Shown: positions 12,510 through 28,594, counted from the stretch's first letter. The stretch: DNA of 64,000 nt from Syncephalis fuscata S228 (GCA_025786725.1 JAHLTZ010000017.1:62001-126000), one strand, 5' to 3'. Numbers and translations are program-made. Notes: generated from the sequence alone by a model not told the origin.

Positions 12510-15500
12510 ATGCGCGGACCCACTCTACTTGGAGGTCTTAAAGATGTTGCTGCCAGCGCGCCGCTTATTGGAACGTTATTTGGCGGTCCTAGCCAGGAAG
12601 TACTCGGGCCGAACACCACTGCTTCTACTATCGACACAGATGGCACTGGCAGTGACGAACAGCGTACGCGTACTTCACACGACGCGATTGACATTGACTA
12701 ATGAGCGAATCGACTGCAACATTGGTGGCCAACAGTGGTCATTCTCTTTCTTCGGCAGGTCTACACAAAGAAATGCAGCTGGTAGTGCGGCCTAATTCAT
12801 TTGTTCTTTATGCGCGAGCCAATTTAGCTAATATCGATACTAGTAAATCAAATAGCGTGCAATGGGATACGATAGAATTGTCGTTTGCCGATGCTAAGCT
12901 TGTTCATTCAGGTAACTAATAACTGATTGGTGTTATTTATCTTTACTAATGTTAGAAATCAAAAGTGGAAGATGAACCACCTACTGGTACCAAACAGTAT
13001 GAAATCTACGGTTGTATTGGTATTATCGAATTACACACAGGTAAGTATATTGTTGATGATAACAATAAAATACATGCTAATTACTTATTATTGTAATTCT
13101 ACAGGCCCACATCTTATTGTGATTATAGAGCGAAAGCATATCGGACAACTATTCAACGAAGATATTTATCGAATTCAAAAAATTGCTGTGCTACCATTTG
13201 ATGAGAAAAAGGCACTTTACGTGTTAAATAAATTGGTATGTATAATACTGACTACTGGCTGTTTGTTATCTAACTGCTCATTAGTGTATACTCTATGGAT
13301 ATCGTCGTCGGACGACTAGTGATGCGACTATTGCGCTTGCCGAATCACTAGAGGAAAAAGAATTTGATCCAAATGAAAGCTCAGAACTAGGTATTTTGTC
13401 CGAGGAAGAAGAGGAAGATTCGTCGGAAATGATTCCATCGGTAACAATGGCCGCTCGCATGCGTTCTACATTGATAGGACTTGTACGACGTCCTCCAACA
13501 GGCAGTTCCGATACAGATGAAGAACAGTATGAGTTACAGCCACAACCGCTTCATGATCGCTCCTCCGACGATTTACCACCGCTTAACGATACCGATTCAA
13601 ATGAAGCGGCCAGTGTGCTCAACTCGACTGCTCCTGATGCATCATTGCCCCCAGCACCACTTGGTGATACTACCAATGCTACAGACGAGTTGCTTGACAG
13701 TAAGGATACAGATACTAATCAAATGGACATCAATCCGCAATCACTACCTCGAACCAGTAGTATTACAGCGGCCTTGCGCATAATACGTGGTAACTCACAA
13801 GCTGAACCAAGAGATGAGCGGGTAAGTTAGTCATGAGATAATAAACAATTACTAAGTTTTATTTTTTATTAATTAGGAAGCACTCGATATTCGTATTATT
13901 CGAGAAATGATGTCATTATTCGCTAACAGTGGATTCTACGTATCTTACGGACTTGGTAATATATTAAATACAAACAATAAGTATAATAGTCAATTGACCA
14001 CTTGTAACAGAAATTACGCGAACTTTACAGCAAATTATACAACAGCCCAAAGATTTATCTTCAACTCCTTTGTGGCAGCGAGTACGTAAAGTTTTATTTA
14101 TCTTTTTTATATATATTTTTAATATCTTTTGTATCAACTAGACAGATCGTCGTTTTTGGTGGAATGAGCATGCTTTATTACCATGGATTGAGAATAAGGT
14201 ATATATTACTATGGCGATACATTTTATATAATAGCAGCTAATTAATAATATATTCGTAGTTGCATGCCTGGATTCTGCCAATAATGCAAGGTTACATGCA
14301 TGTTGAACACTGTGAAATTGAAGCGAATGAGTTTGATTTTGTTTTAATTTCCCGTCGTAGTCGAGATCGAGCAGGTAATTAAATTTGTAGCCAATAATAA
14401 GATACACATAGTAACTGACGACCAGGTATGCGATATGAGCGCCGTGGTGTTGATGAATTGGGCAATGTGGCCAATTTTGTTGAAACAGAACAAGCTGTAT
14501 TTGTTGAGGTAGAAATATAAATAAATGTAAAGATATCGACTAACAGTTATTGATGATAGCGTGAGAATCTGCCACATTTTGTATCTTTTCTACAAACCCG
14601 TGGATCAAGTAAGCATTGGCTAATAATTGATGGATTGATAATTAATAGAAATATATTGCTATTTAGTTCCACTGTTTTGGAGCCAAAGTCCATATCGTTT
14701 ACGACCTACACCAGTTGTCGAACGTACAAAGGCCGATAATACAATTGCATTCCAACGCCATATGGAGCAGCTAATCGATCGTTATGGGCCACAGTACTGT
14801 GTTAATCTTGTTGAGCTGCAAGGTCGAGAGGCATTAGTTGGCGATGAGTATCGTAATTATGTAGAGCAATTGAATCAGCCGAAAATACAGTAAGATTATG
14901 AAAGCAATCTGTAGATGATTCTTACACAATTAATCTCTAGTTATCGTGAATTTGATTTTCATAATGAATGCCGTGGAATGAGATACGAAAATATATCCAA
15001 ATTAATTGAACTAATGGAGACGGATTTATCGCATATAAAGTAAGGAATAATGGCATGAAATTAATAATACTAATACTAATAACGTAAATGTGACACACTA
15101 GATACTTTTGGTCTGTGAAATCAGAAAATGTGTTTTGTCAACAAGCGGGTACCATTCGAACAGTAAGGATTATTGCTAAAATTACTATTTGATATTTATC
15201 TATGTTGAGTATAGAACTGTATGGACTGTCTTGATCGAACCAATGTAGTACAGGTAAGTAATAAACTGTTTAAATATCTAAAGTCGCCAATAAAAACAAT
15301 TGTGCTGTTTATTTAGAGTGCAATTGCGCGTCATGTGCTCAATCTGCAACTTTTACGCTTGGGCATACAATTGCACCCTGAACGAGGCATTGCTAATTAT
15401 GAATCATTTGAAACAACTTTTAATCATGGTAGGTTGAATGAATAAACAAACAGATAGATAGATAAACGATATATACTAATGATTAAATAGCATGGGCTAA

Positions 15501-16881
15501 TAATGGTGATTCAATCAGCCGTGAATATGCCGGTACAAGTGCGTTAAAGGGAGATTTTACACGGTAAATATATATAATATGCCATTTTATTTCTAAATAC
15601 TAACCAACAGCATTGCTGAATTAGAACGGGTAAGCGAAATTCAAAAGTTAATATGATCATATCTGATTGCCAGATTACGCTATTTAGGCCGACGTAACTT
15701 CCAAGGCATGATGAATGATGCTACCAATTCATTGGCACGTTTATACCAAAATGCATTCCGTGATTATTTCCGTCAGGTAATTAAATACGCTATGCTGTCA
15801 TTTAATTTATTATTAATACAATAACGATAGGCAACCATTGATTATTTCCTTGGAAATAAAAAGATAGACGTATTTGTACAGGTACTGACTACCAGTGGAC
15901 ATCAATTGCGCCAACAGAGTGAAGAAGAAAGATGGATGAAGATTCGAGCCAATGCCAGTAAGTTTAAACGATATAGCTGATCAACTAGGCATTAAATCAG
16001 CTTTATACAGTTGAAATTACAAGTGGCATTGTTATTGGAGAGGGTGAGATGTTACTTAATGGCTGGACACTTTCATCGCCCGTGACACCACATACTGTGT
16101 AAGTGGTTTAATTAATAACGTAGATGGTTGGCTAACATTTTCTACATTATGGCTGTATAGACGAGACAAATCGTATGAGGAAAAGGTTGTTTTATTGACA
16201 CAGCTTGCACTCTACGTGTGCAGTTTCCATTATGCACTCGAAAAGGTAGTCGAGTTTGTGCGTATTTCTCTTGATACAATTACTGAAATCCAGCGAGGTA
16301 ATAATTGATAACAGGTTTGGTGTTGAATGAATGTATATATTTACAATTGCATATAGGCGAATACATATTGTCAACGGCTCGGCCAGATTTCACTCGTCCC
16401 GAGGATAACTACGGATTTATTGTGAACTACAGGCCAGAAGGTGAAGCTACTCGATTCAACTCGGGTAGTATGCGTAATAGACGAAATAGCTTTACGAGTC
16501 TACTGGGCCCGTCAACCAGTTTGAAACGGGATCCCACGCGATTCTTTGCCTTTAAAGCACTATCACCCAGCATTGTGGGCCAAGCAAATACTCGACAAGG
16601 TCAAACGACTACTGGTGATGAAAATCATCCACGATGCATCGATATTGTCGCTGGTATTGTGGCCGAAATATCGGTAGCCTGTGAGAATGTTGGCAATGGT
16701 CGTAGCAAGGATGAAGAACCATTGGTAGTAAAAGAGCCCATTATTAGGTAAGTACTCTTTCTTCTTTTAAGTGATTTGTAGTAATACATTTATTGATTTA
16801 ATAATTAGTTTGGAGCAAGCATTGGAAACCACAAGCTTGGTGTCAAAAGTTGGTCTTAGGCTTAGACGAGTTGTGTTCTAG
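12510..16881 (+). CDS. SAC-domain phosphoinositide phosphatase, Sac2/INPP5F type, multi-exon
   Basis: SAC motifs RFWWNEH, RRSRSRAGMRY..RGVDELGNVANFVETEQ, TRGSIPLFWSQ, catalytic RTNCMDCLDRTNVVQ and WANNGDSISREYAGTSALKGDFTR. C-terminal hSac2-like region (EEKVVLLTQLALYVCSFHYALEKV). 5' end uncertain (12510 or 12701). Confidence 0.85.
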
Positions 16882-17227
16882 CCCGAATGCTTGATTTATT
16901 GTTTATAAGCATTATAATGTTAGCTATGTAAAACAAAGACGTGTTCCATTTTTATCAATGAACGAATTGACCATATACTGTTAAAAATGTAATTAATTCT
17001 AATATTGAAACTTGGAAAGCCAAGTAGTATTGAATTGAGCACACAATCTATATTGAATTTAATCTTGGATAATAATTATCAGAATGTAGCACCTGTAATA
17101 AAACCAATCTAGTTGATGCTGAGTTGTACTATCTGTATCGTGTTAGTAATTATCTGTGTAAATTAGATATTAATGCTTTAGACATTAGTGTCTCATTGAT
17201 ATTGTTGCGCTAAGCGAAGCAAGTTTT

Positions 17228-17360
17228 AAGTTGGCTATAATGGTGCCAATGACACACATTCGCATAATATTTTACTGCGCACCACTAAACAAAATTCGAA
17301 TTGTAAGTAATAAGTAAAAATAGCCTAGAATTATAATTAACTAGTTAATTACATTTACAT
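17228..17360 (+). pseudogene. Degenerate duplicate of a 3' exon plus intron of the neighbouring oligopeptidase-like gene
   Basis: AAGTTGGCTATAATGGTGCCAATGACACACATTCGCATAATATTTTACTGCGCACCACTAAA...GTAAGT...TTACATTTACAT aligns colinearly with 20258-20390. Confidence 0.75.
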
Positions 17361-17674
17361 ATATATATATATATAGTAATTGACAAATCATGCAAACTGG
17401 GATTGTAATTATTATTTTGTTATGCTTAGATATATGCCTGACAGACAAGTTTATTTGGTAAATACACTGTATAACCTCTCATACATTAACATTCAGCTCA
17501 TATTCTCGGCCACGCAGCTTTCAATTCATGTTGCTGTTACACAACTAATAATAAAACCTATTTTATTCGTACTAACATAACAACCTAAAACCAAACAAAC
17601 TTGTAAATATGGTTGATGCAATGATAAAATGAGTACTATTTTGCACACGGAGTAGTAGCCTGTTTTATGTTTAC

Positions 17675-17795
17675 AAATCCGGTTATGTTTATTGAACAAG
17701 GCCTCCTTTTCCACACATGAGCAATGCAAAAATCCGGCTATGTTTATTAAATAAGGCCTTTCTTTCCACACATGAGCAATGCAGAAATCCGGTTA
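17675..17795 (+). repeat. 55-bp tandem repeat, ~2.2 copies
   Basis: AAATCCGG(T/C)TA starts at 17675, 17730 and 17785; the two full units share TTTCCACACATGAGCAATGCA. Confidence 0.85.
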
Positions 17796-18043
17796 GCAAG
17801 TCTACCTTTAAAACAATAGAATAATACAATGCCCGCAGTAAAGTTAGCATGGAATATACGCGACTCTCGCTGTTATTTCAACTAATAAATAGACACTTGT
17901 TTTGGCCGATTAATGCCGGTAAATCAGCGCACATCACTACTACTTTATACCTATTCAACTACTAGTAATTAAATATATTTCATTACATAACTCTTGTTTA
18001 TCTTTGCTTGCCATCGATTAGTAGATCCATCCCATTGCGCACA

Positions 18044-20515
18044 ATGCGTTTCCTAGTTGTTGGGCTATTTGCTCTCAAAATATCAAGCTGTTTAGCTGCC
18101 GGTATTCCAAATCCTGCCTCAACATCTACTCAGAAGCCATCACCACCTCCTAATAATCCATCTAATCCTACCACAAGTCTACGCCCGCCAGTGGCTAAGA
18201 AAATACCGTATACCCATCACTACCATGGCCATAATTTACCAGATAATTACCAATGGTTACGTGAGAATATAAACAAAAATGAAGAAGGATTGGCTTACAT
18301 CAAAGCTGAAAATGTCTATGCCGATGCCTTAGTAAAGCCAACCGAATCTTTAAAAAATACACTTTACAAGGAGTTTATAGCACGCACCGAAGAAGAGGAC
18401 GAAGAAGTACCATGGAAAAGTAATGGTTTTCTGTATTTCTCTCGCATACGCAAAGGGCAAGCATATCCTGTACTTTATCGCAAGGAAGACAAACCTGATG
18501 CTAAAGAAGTAGCCATTATGGATTTGAACACAATGGGTCAAGAACAGCTGGATTCTGGTGGATATAGTCCCAGTCCAAACAACGAGTGGCTTAATTACTC
18601 GCTTAAACTCCAAAAAGATGAAAAATACGCCATTTATTTCAAGAATCTAAAAACAAACCAAGTCTTCAAGGAGATTTCCGGAACTGACTCAGCTGCATGG
18701 TCGGCTGACAGCTCTTACGTGTTTTATGTTACAACAGATGATACATTACGCAAAAACCGCGTTTATCGCCATAAACTTGGTACAAAAAGTGACCAAGATG
18801 TTATAGTTGTTCAAGAGAACGATCCAGAGTTTTCTCTTAGCCTTAAAATGTCTGGAAGCAAAGATTACATATTTGTTATTAGCAAAGGTCCAAAAACTTC
18901 AGAAACATATTACTTAGATTCTCATAAGCCAATAGAAAAATTCAAGTTATTTGAACCACGTCAGCCTGGTCGCTCTTACACTGTCCGCCACTTTAATAAG
19001 CAATTTCTTATTTTGACAAATCAGCTAAATGGTGAAAACCAAATTAACCAAGTACTATGTAGCTGCTCGATTAATGGTCCCACCAGCGCTGCAAATTGGC
19101 AAGTTTTACTGGCTCATGACAAGCATATCTATCTATTCGATATTACTCCATATAGTCGCTACCTTGTTATTAAAGAGTACTCTAATGCTCTACCTCGAAT
19201 GCGTGTTTTGGAATCAGATGCTAACGGTGTAATAAGGACGAATGCAGCACATCATTACATCAAGTTTCCTGAAGTCACCTACACAGCCCGTATCGACGCA
19301 AGCGCACTGCCATATAACGATAATATAATTCGCATTGAATACAGCTCCTACGTTACTCCAACCTCTGTATTTGACTATAATTTAGTCACACGTAAACATA
19401 CACTACGTCATAAGGCAAAAGTCAGAATTATGATCCATCACTTTATGCTACAGACTTTATTTTTGTCGACCGCCCTGTTCGCCCCACTGAAGAAGGCCCC
19501 GAGGTCTTACCAAAGGATATGAAAATCCTGTAAGCATTGCTTATCGCCGCGACAAGCTACGCAAAGATGGAACAAATCCTTGCTGGCTTTATGGTTTCGG
19601 TAGTAACGGTGCAGTAACAACACCCAATTTTGAACGGCAAACTGCCTCACTATTGGACCGTGGATTTGTATATGCTATTGTCCATACTCGAGGAGGTGCT
19701 GAGTGGGGCCCTGCCTGGTATGAGCTAGATGGTCGACTTTTGCATAAGAAAAACACATTCCATGATTTTATTGCTGTAGCAGAAAATTTGATTGCTGAAA
19801 AATACACTCGACGAGAAATCATGGTATTTGAAGGTCGTGATGAAGGCGGTTTATTAGTAGGAAGTGCAATCAATATGCGTCCGGATCTGGCCAAAGTTGC
19901 CCTTGTGTATAGTAAGTGCTACTAATAACGGTGTAATCGATTATTTATATTTTTATTTTTAGATCCACCTGTTGATCTAGTTAATACAATGATGGATGCC
20001 ACTCTTCCAATGACTGTCTCCAGATATGGCGAATGGGGAAATCCTAGCAACAAAAATTACTTTGATTATATGCTTTCATATTCACCATACGATAATATTC
20101 GCAAAGGTGTCAATATCCAAATATTGTGATTCGTAGCAATCTAGGCAGTTCTAATTCCAATACTGGGGTAAGTCAATAGTAAACAGCTATTTAGCAATAG
20201 ACTAATAATATGGACTAAATAGAAGCAGCAAAATGGTGTGCTAAACTGCGGAATTCCAAGTTGGCTATAATGGCGCCAATGACACACATCCACATAATAT
20301 TTTACTTCGCACCACTAAAAAAGGTTCAAATCGTAAGTTACAAGTAAAAATGGCTTAGAATTATAATTTATTAATCAGTTACATTTACATCAATAGTTGG
20401 TGCCGATCCTTTTTACAGTCAAATAAATGATATGTCTAATGACTATGCATATGTCATTTCAACTATTGAAACAGCTCAACAGGAGATCTTGGCTAAAAAA
20501 CAACCAAACAAGTAA
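18044..20515 (+). CDS. Secreted oligopeptidase B-like (peptidase S9A) protein, probably catalytically inactive
   Basis: Signal peptide MRFLVVGLFALKISSCLA; OpdB features PPVAKKIP, DNYQWLR, YIKAENVY, LLDRGFVYAIVHTRGGAEWGPAWYE, KKNTFHDFI, EWGNP, MLSYSPYDNI. Nucleophile elbow reads GRDEGG. Three apparent 1-nt deletions (~19424, ~19528, ~20113). Confidence 0.85.
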
Positions 20516-20597
20516 AACATTAATAAATACTGACTTCAAAAACAAATTAAATTATTTGCTTATTATGTATATCTTTAAATATAACTTTAGAATTTAG

Positions 20598-22275
20598 CTA
20601 TTTACTTTGAGTTTTACATTTTTTGAAAATAAAGGATATGAAACTTCAACTTACATTAAATTTTTAATTGAAGTGGAGTATTATCAAGTATTAGCAAGCT
20701 TTATTACAAGTCATTCAATATTAACGTAACTTTATTAATATGCTTATTATTTTACTCAAAGTAGAATAATAGCAATATGTTATCATATATTTTACTTAGT
20801 TTATTGCTTAAATATAATAATTTCTTGTTTATAAATACCAACATAATACAATCAGTTACATTTAATACAGTTACATTGACACTGTTCATTTCAACAATAA
20901 TGTCAGTGATTTATTTGTATTATTTTAATACACTAGTAATAAACAATTTATTAATCAGTTATTGTTTGTTTGGTGATCAAATGACCAACATTTAATAACA
21001 TTCAATATATCGAACATGACGATGGTGGTGAGTGACATCAATTATTAAATACTCATCATTGTAGATTTATTATCTAGTACACATATATACAATATGTGTT
21101 ATTACTATGTATACCGTTACTTTACTGATTAGCATTAAAATCATAATAATTTACATGATTATATTATAAATAATTAATAAAAATAATCGTTATATCATAT
21201 TATTGTTATACCAATATACCTCAGTGAACAAACTAAGTGCGATATGTCAATTTTCATTAATAAAAAAGTCGGAACCATACGATAACGGCCATAGACAGCG
21301 TATAGCCAATATATAATAAAATGGTAAATATTATACTGAATATGCAATATTGAACGAGATTAGTAATGTTAAAGTTATTGAACATATATGCATGATCAAT
21401 GAACAGAATTAGCCGATATTTGTTAATAATATCGATAGAACAAAAATAAAGATGGTTTTGGATAGAGGAAGGCTAGATGAATATAGAATGGTATATAGAA
21501 TGATAAATCTACAGTAAGAAAGCATATTAAACGGTGTTAAAGCTATAGTGCATATAATGCAATGTATGGAATAAATGAAGTGTAATGGAACATATAAACA
21601 ATAGAATGTGTCTAGTATATTATAGAATAATATATATTAGTGTAGAATAAATTAGGAATGATATAGATAAATGGTGGATATATGTGTACTAGATAATAAA
21701 TCTACAATAATGAGTATTTGATGGTTGATGTCACTCACCACCCATCAACATGTTCAATAGATTGGATGTTATTAAAATAGCCATTTGACCACCAAAAAAC
21801 AAACAATGTGATGATGTGATGATTAAATAAAACTCACCACTTGTCCCCATGTTCAATAGAATAGATGTGTAGTCCAATTACGCAAATGTTATCAATATAG
21901 TCATTTGATCCCAAATTACATTAAATGACTAATAAATTGTTTAATTTAAAAAGACTATTTTTATTTAATTAATAAATAATGTAATATACACAATCCATAA
22001 ATTGAATGGCGTTGTACATAAAAAGACTATGAATAGATTGAAATACAGATGAGGGAATTGCTTAAGTGGTGGAATAAAGGAAAGAATAAAATTAATAACA
22101 TAAAAGTAAATATAATTATAGAATATGCCATTAGTAAAGCAATGACAGCATTGCCAAAAGAGTATTCTGAATGGATTACTATTTAGAAATCACTACTACA
22201 TAATACTTCCAAGTCAATATACGTAAAATGCGGCACATTGTACATTCAAAACGGTAAAGTGATGTCCTACTAGTT
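20598..22275 (+). mobile_element. Long copy of AT-rich non-coding repeat family with an internal inverted core pair
   Basis: 20598-21950 matches the reverse complement of ~58050-59408; the left arm matches 47265-47740; 22120-22270 matches 48520-48665. Confidence 0.75.
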
Positions 22276-22602
22276 GTATAACAAATAAATATTAAAAAAT
22301 ATAAATCACTGTGACTAGTAATATATATATATACATACTGTACCTGACAATCCAAGCCACTGATTTAGTTTACAAAGCCATGCAAAGATTAATCAACACC
22401 AGCTTGGCTATTAAACAAATTGTCACACATCCTATTATGGCATCTGGGTCACGAGCTCCAATGATAACATCATCATTCATACTTTCTTTGCACCATTTGA
22501 GCAGTATTGAGTCATGGCTTTGCTATTTATTCATTCACTTTATCGCTGAATTCCAATTTATCGTAACTCATAGTAGTAATAATATCCAATATACTTTTCG
22601 CC

Positions 22603-24825
22603 ATGCTATTATCTCAAACCTATTTGCGACCCTCTGCTTTGTTGCTACAATTGCACGCTGAGGTTTTGCTTCATCTGTGTCATTTCCTTAGCGATGAAGA
22701 ACTCGTTTTATTTGCAGCTAGTTGTCGCTCATTATACAATTTAATCGCGAGACAACCTGCTTACTGGGAGAATCAATACCGCAAGCAGTTTGTTCTAGAG
22801 GATTGGAGAGAGCGAGATTGGTTGGCCTGGTTTAATCGGCAAGCCAACGCACTATATCCCATGGAGCCGTCATACACCGATAATAGCTATGACAGTGATT
22901 TAAGCAAGTCCATTATAGAGCTTACCGATTCTATGAATGATTTTAGCATCAATTCAAATACCTTTAATACGACTATTTGTTCAATGAAAAGCAAGCAAAA
23001 TGATCCTTCCTCATTAGACTGGTCAAATACAAACTGGTACCATGCATACCACCGCCGAAGACTGACGTCCAACGCAATGATCACAGGAGAATGTCGAGTT
23101 AGAGTGTGCCAACTACCTGTGGGTAACAACGTTAAACTTGAAATGAAGGGCATGAATGCTTGGGGATCGCTTCTACGAGAACAAAATGGTATGCGAATGT
23201 GGTCAGCACGACACGATATTTTTACCAATACACCTGGCGTTACCACCGATGATATCTATTGGCAAGAATTACAAGTACCCAAATCAATGGGGGAGCTACG
23301 TAAAATCGATTATATGGAAATTACAAATAGCTTTGTCATGTTATGGGCCACTATTGAATTATCAGATGCAGAACTTGAAAAGCAAAGTTATTTTGATCAT
23401 GGGATACACTGGATGGACAACCGTGAAGATAATATGAATTCAGCACCTTTAAACATTTCAGCAACTGAACCAGTTCGCTTACGTAAAGCAATTGTTTCGT
23501 GGTCAAATATGGATGAAAAAAAAGAATTTATTCCTATATTTGTACAAACTAGTGAAGAAGCACGCGCCAAGAGAACACTTCCCAATTCATTAGGCATGTA
23601 TGATGACTGGCTATTGGTACAGCAGCCTTGTCTAAACGTTTTAGAAGAAAAGGCTAGCGATGAAGATGATGAAGAAGAGGAGCAGAGAGAAGACGAGGAA
23701 GAAGAGGACATTCTAGCAAAGAAACGACGATACAATATATATGACATGCAACGCCGTCAATGGGTCAAAGGCCCAGTTAATATTAAAAGTCGATCAACAG
23801 CACATATTCAAGCGGTAACAGAAGGCACCTCTGACATCCTCATCTATCATTGGCGCAAAAATATGCAACCATTGGGCGATTATGAAGAGTCTGATGACAT
23901 ATTCCTTGATAATATGACATTTGAATGGGAATTAAATAGAGTAACTGCTGGTCAGTCTGCTTATGAGACTATACACCAAGGCAGTGTACTTGTACCATTA
24001 TGGCCTAATCCGTCGTTGGATGCCCAGGAATACAGTCCAGGCTTTTCTCTCGTCTCCATTTTTGATCCAAATGATTCAGAAATACACACTGGTGGCGATC
24101 TTCCTCATTCGTTACTTGCACTTGTTGATGTACGTCATTCATCCACTAAAAGCGAGTATATCCGTCCAGTATGGACACGTTTCGTTGGTACAACACTTAT
24201 TACGCCGCTTTGTAGTGAAAGGATCGTACTAGTACAGCAGTATATGATATTCGATGTATTGGATGCGACCAATGGTGATCTACTTCGACAAATACCTTGC
24301 GAGGCCTATAGTTTATTTTGGACGGTTCTTGGATCAATGTGTGTACTATTTGGTATGGACGGCAATATTAATTACTTTATGGATATGTCAACGGGTAATA
24401 TCCATCGACCAATGAATGTCTGGGAAAAGAATGTATTTACGGTAACAGAAGCATCAAATGAAGAACAAGTCACAACCAACGAAAATACAGAAGCTGCTAA
24501 TACAATAACACCAACAAATGAAGATGAGAATGAAAATACAGAAGATACAGAAGATGCCAACACAACACCAGCCAATGAAGATGAAAATGAAGATACAGAA
24601 GATACAGAAGATACCAACACAACACCAGCCAATGAAGATGAAAATGAAAATGAAAATGAAAGCGATAATGAGAATGAGAATGAAAATACAGAAGTTACTA
24701 ATACCAATACTAATAGTACTTCTGATAACAAATTACCCAACTATCGTATTTCATGTGCCAATGTAGGCATGGTTAGTCCATCAGGTGGAGGCAAATACGC
24801 TTTATTCAATTTAACCTATCTTTAA
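22603..24825 (+). CDS. Intronless F-box-containing protein with acidic low-complexity tracts
   Basis: 740-aa ORF with N-terminal F-box-like LLQLHAEVLLHLCHFLSDEELVLFAASCRSLYNLI....YW. Confidence 0.75.
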   Translation: MLLSQTYLRPSALLLQLHAEVLLHLCHFLSDEELVLFAASCRSLYNLIARQPAYWENQYRKQFVLEDWRERDWLAWFNRQANALYPMEPSYTDNSYDSDLSKSIIELTDSMNDFSINSNTFNTTICSMKSKQNDPSSLDWSNTNWYHAYHRRRLTSNAMITGECRVRVCQLPVGNNVKLEMKGMNAWGSLLREQNGMRMWSARHDIFTNTPGVTTDDIYWQELQVPKSMGELRKIDYMEITNSFVMLWATIELSDAELEKQSYFDHGIHWMDNREDNMNSAPLNISATEPVRLRKAIVSWSNMDEKKEFIPIFVQTSEEARAKRTLPNSLGMYDDWLLVQQPCLNVLEEKASDEDDEEEEQREDEEEEDILAKKRRYNIYDMQRRQWVKGPVNIKSRSTAHIQAVTEGTSDILIYHWRKNMQPLGDYEESDDIFLDNMTFEWELNRVTAGQSAYETIHQGSVLVPLWPNPSLDAQEYSPGFSLVSIFDPNDSEIHTGGDLPHSLLALVDVRHSSTKSEYIRPVWTRFVGTTLITPLCSERIVLVQQYMIFDVLDATNGDLLRQIPCEAYSLFWTVLGSMCVLFGMDGNINYFMDMSTGNIHRPMNVWEKNVFTVTEASNEEQVTTNENTEAANTITPTNEDENENTEDTEDANTTPANEDENEDTEDTEDTNTTPANEDENENENESDNENENENTEVTNTNTNSTSDNKLPNYRISCANVGMVSPSGGGKYALFNLTYL
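24508..24690 (+). repeat. 57-bp coding tandem repeat (~3 copies, TP.NEDENE.TEDTED.NT)
   Basis: ACACCA(A/G)C(A/C)AATGAAGATGA at 24508, 24565 and 24622. Confidence 0.85.
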
Positions 24826-25145
24826 ATTGCATTTCCATTAAAGATATTATTGTATACTTTAAATTGCTTATACTTTTAATCCAATTAATAAATCATTATT
24901 GCTATTATTAAATATGCACTTTGATATGGCTAATTAAAACTATTCATTCAATACTGGTCAAACTACTGGATTATAAACCATTTAAACAGCTTGTTCATTT
25001 GAAAAATATCAATTGTAATGATAATTTATGCACATTTCTTGTATAATAAAAGAACGTCAATAGGTGGTTAGACATGAATATTGTTATAGCGATGGAATAA
25101 AACAGAAACGTAATCATAAATTCAATGGGCACTAGTAAGAGAAAA

Positions 25146-28594
<3,449 letters not shown>

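Noticed and set aside
12697-12703. TAATG stop-start overlap suggesting termination-reinitiation in the SAC gene
   Set aside because: Adding one C (GAC CTA ATG) fuses the two ORFs, matching the single-base deletions seen elsewhere in the window; probably a sequencing error.
19415-20120. Programmed frameshifting or pseudogenisation from frameshifts in the S9A gene (also SWC4 and the 57-kb gene)
   Set aside because: All are fixed by adding one base to a short homopolymer, and they also hit the conserved SWC4 gene; typical long-read consensus errors.
20777-20995. Repeated small ORFs (MLSYILL..., MVSDINHQ..., MSFTIF...) at 20.8, 47.4-48.5, 58.2-59.2 and 63.2-63.9 kb as a gene family
   Set aside because: They lie in the AT-rich repeat, have I/L/Y/F-biased composition and variable ends; likely chance ORFs.
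24372-24766. Antisense and alternate-frame repetitive ORFs over the F-box gene
   Set aside because: Shadows of the acidic coding repeat.
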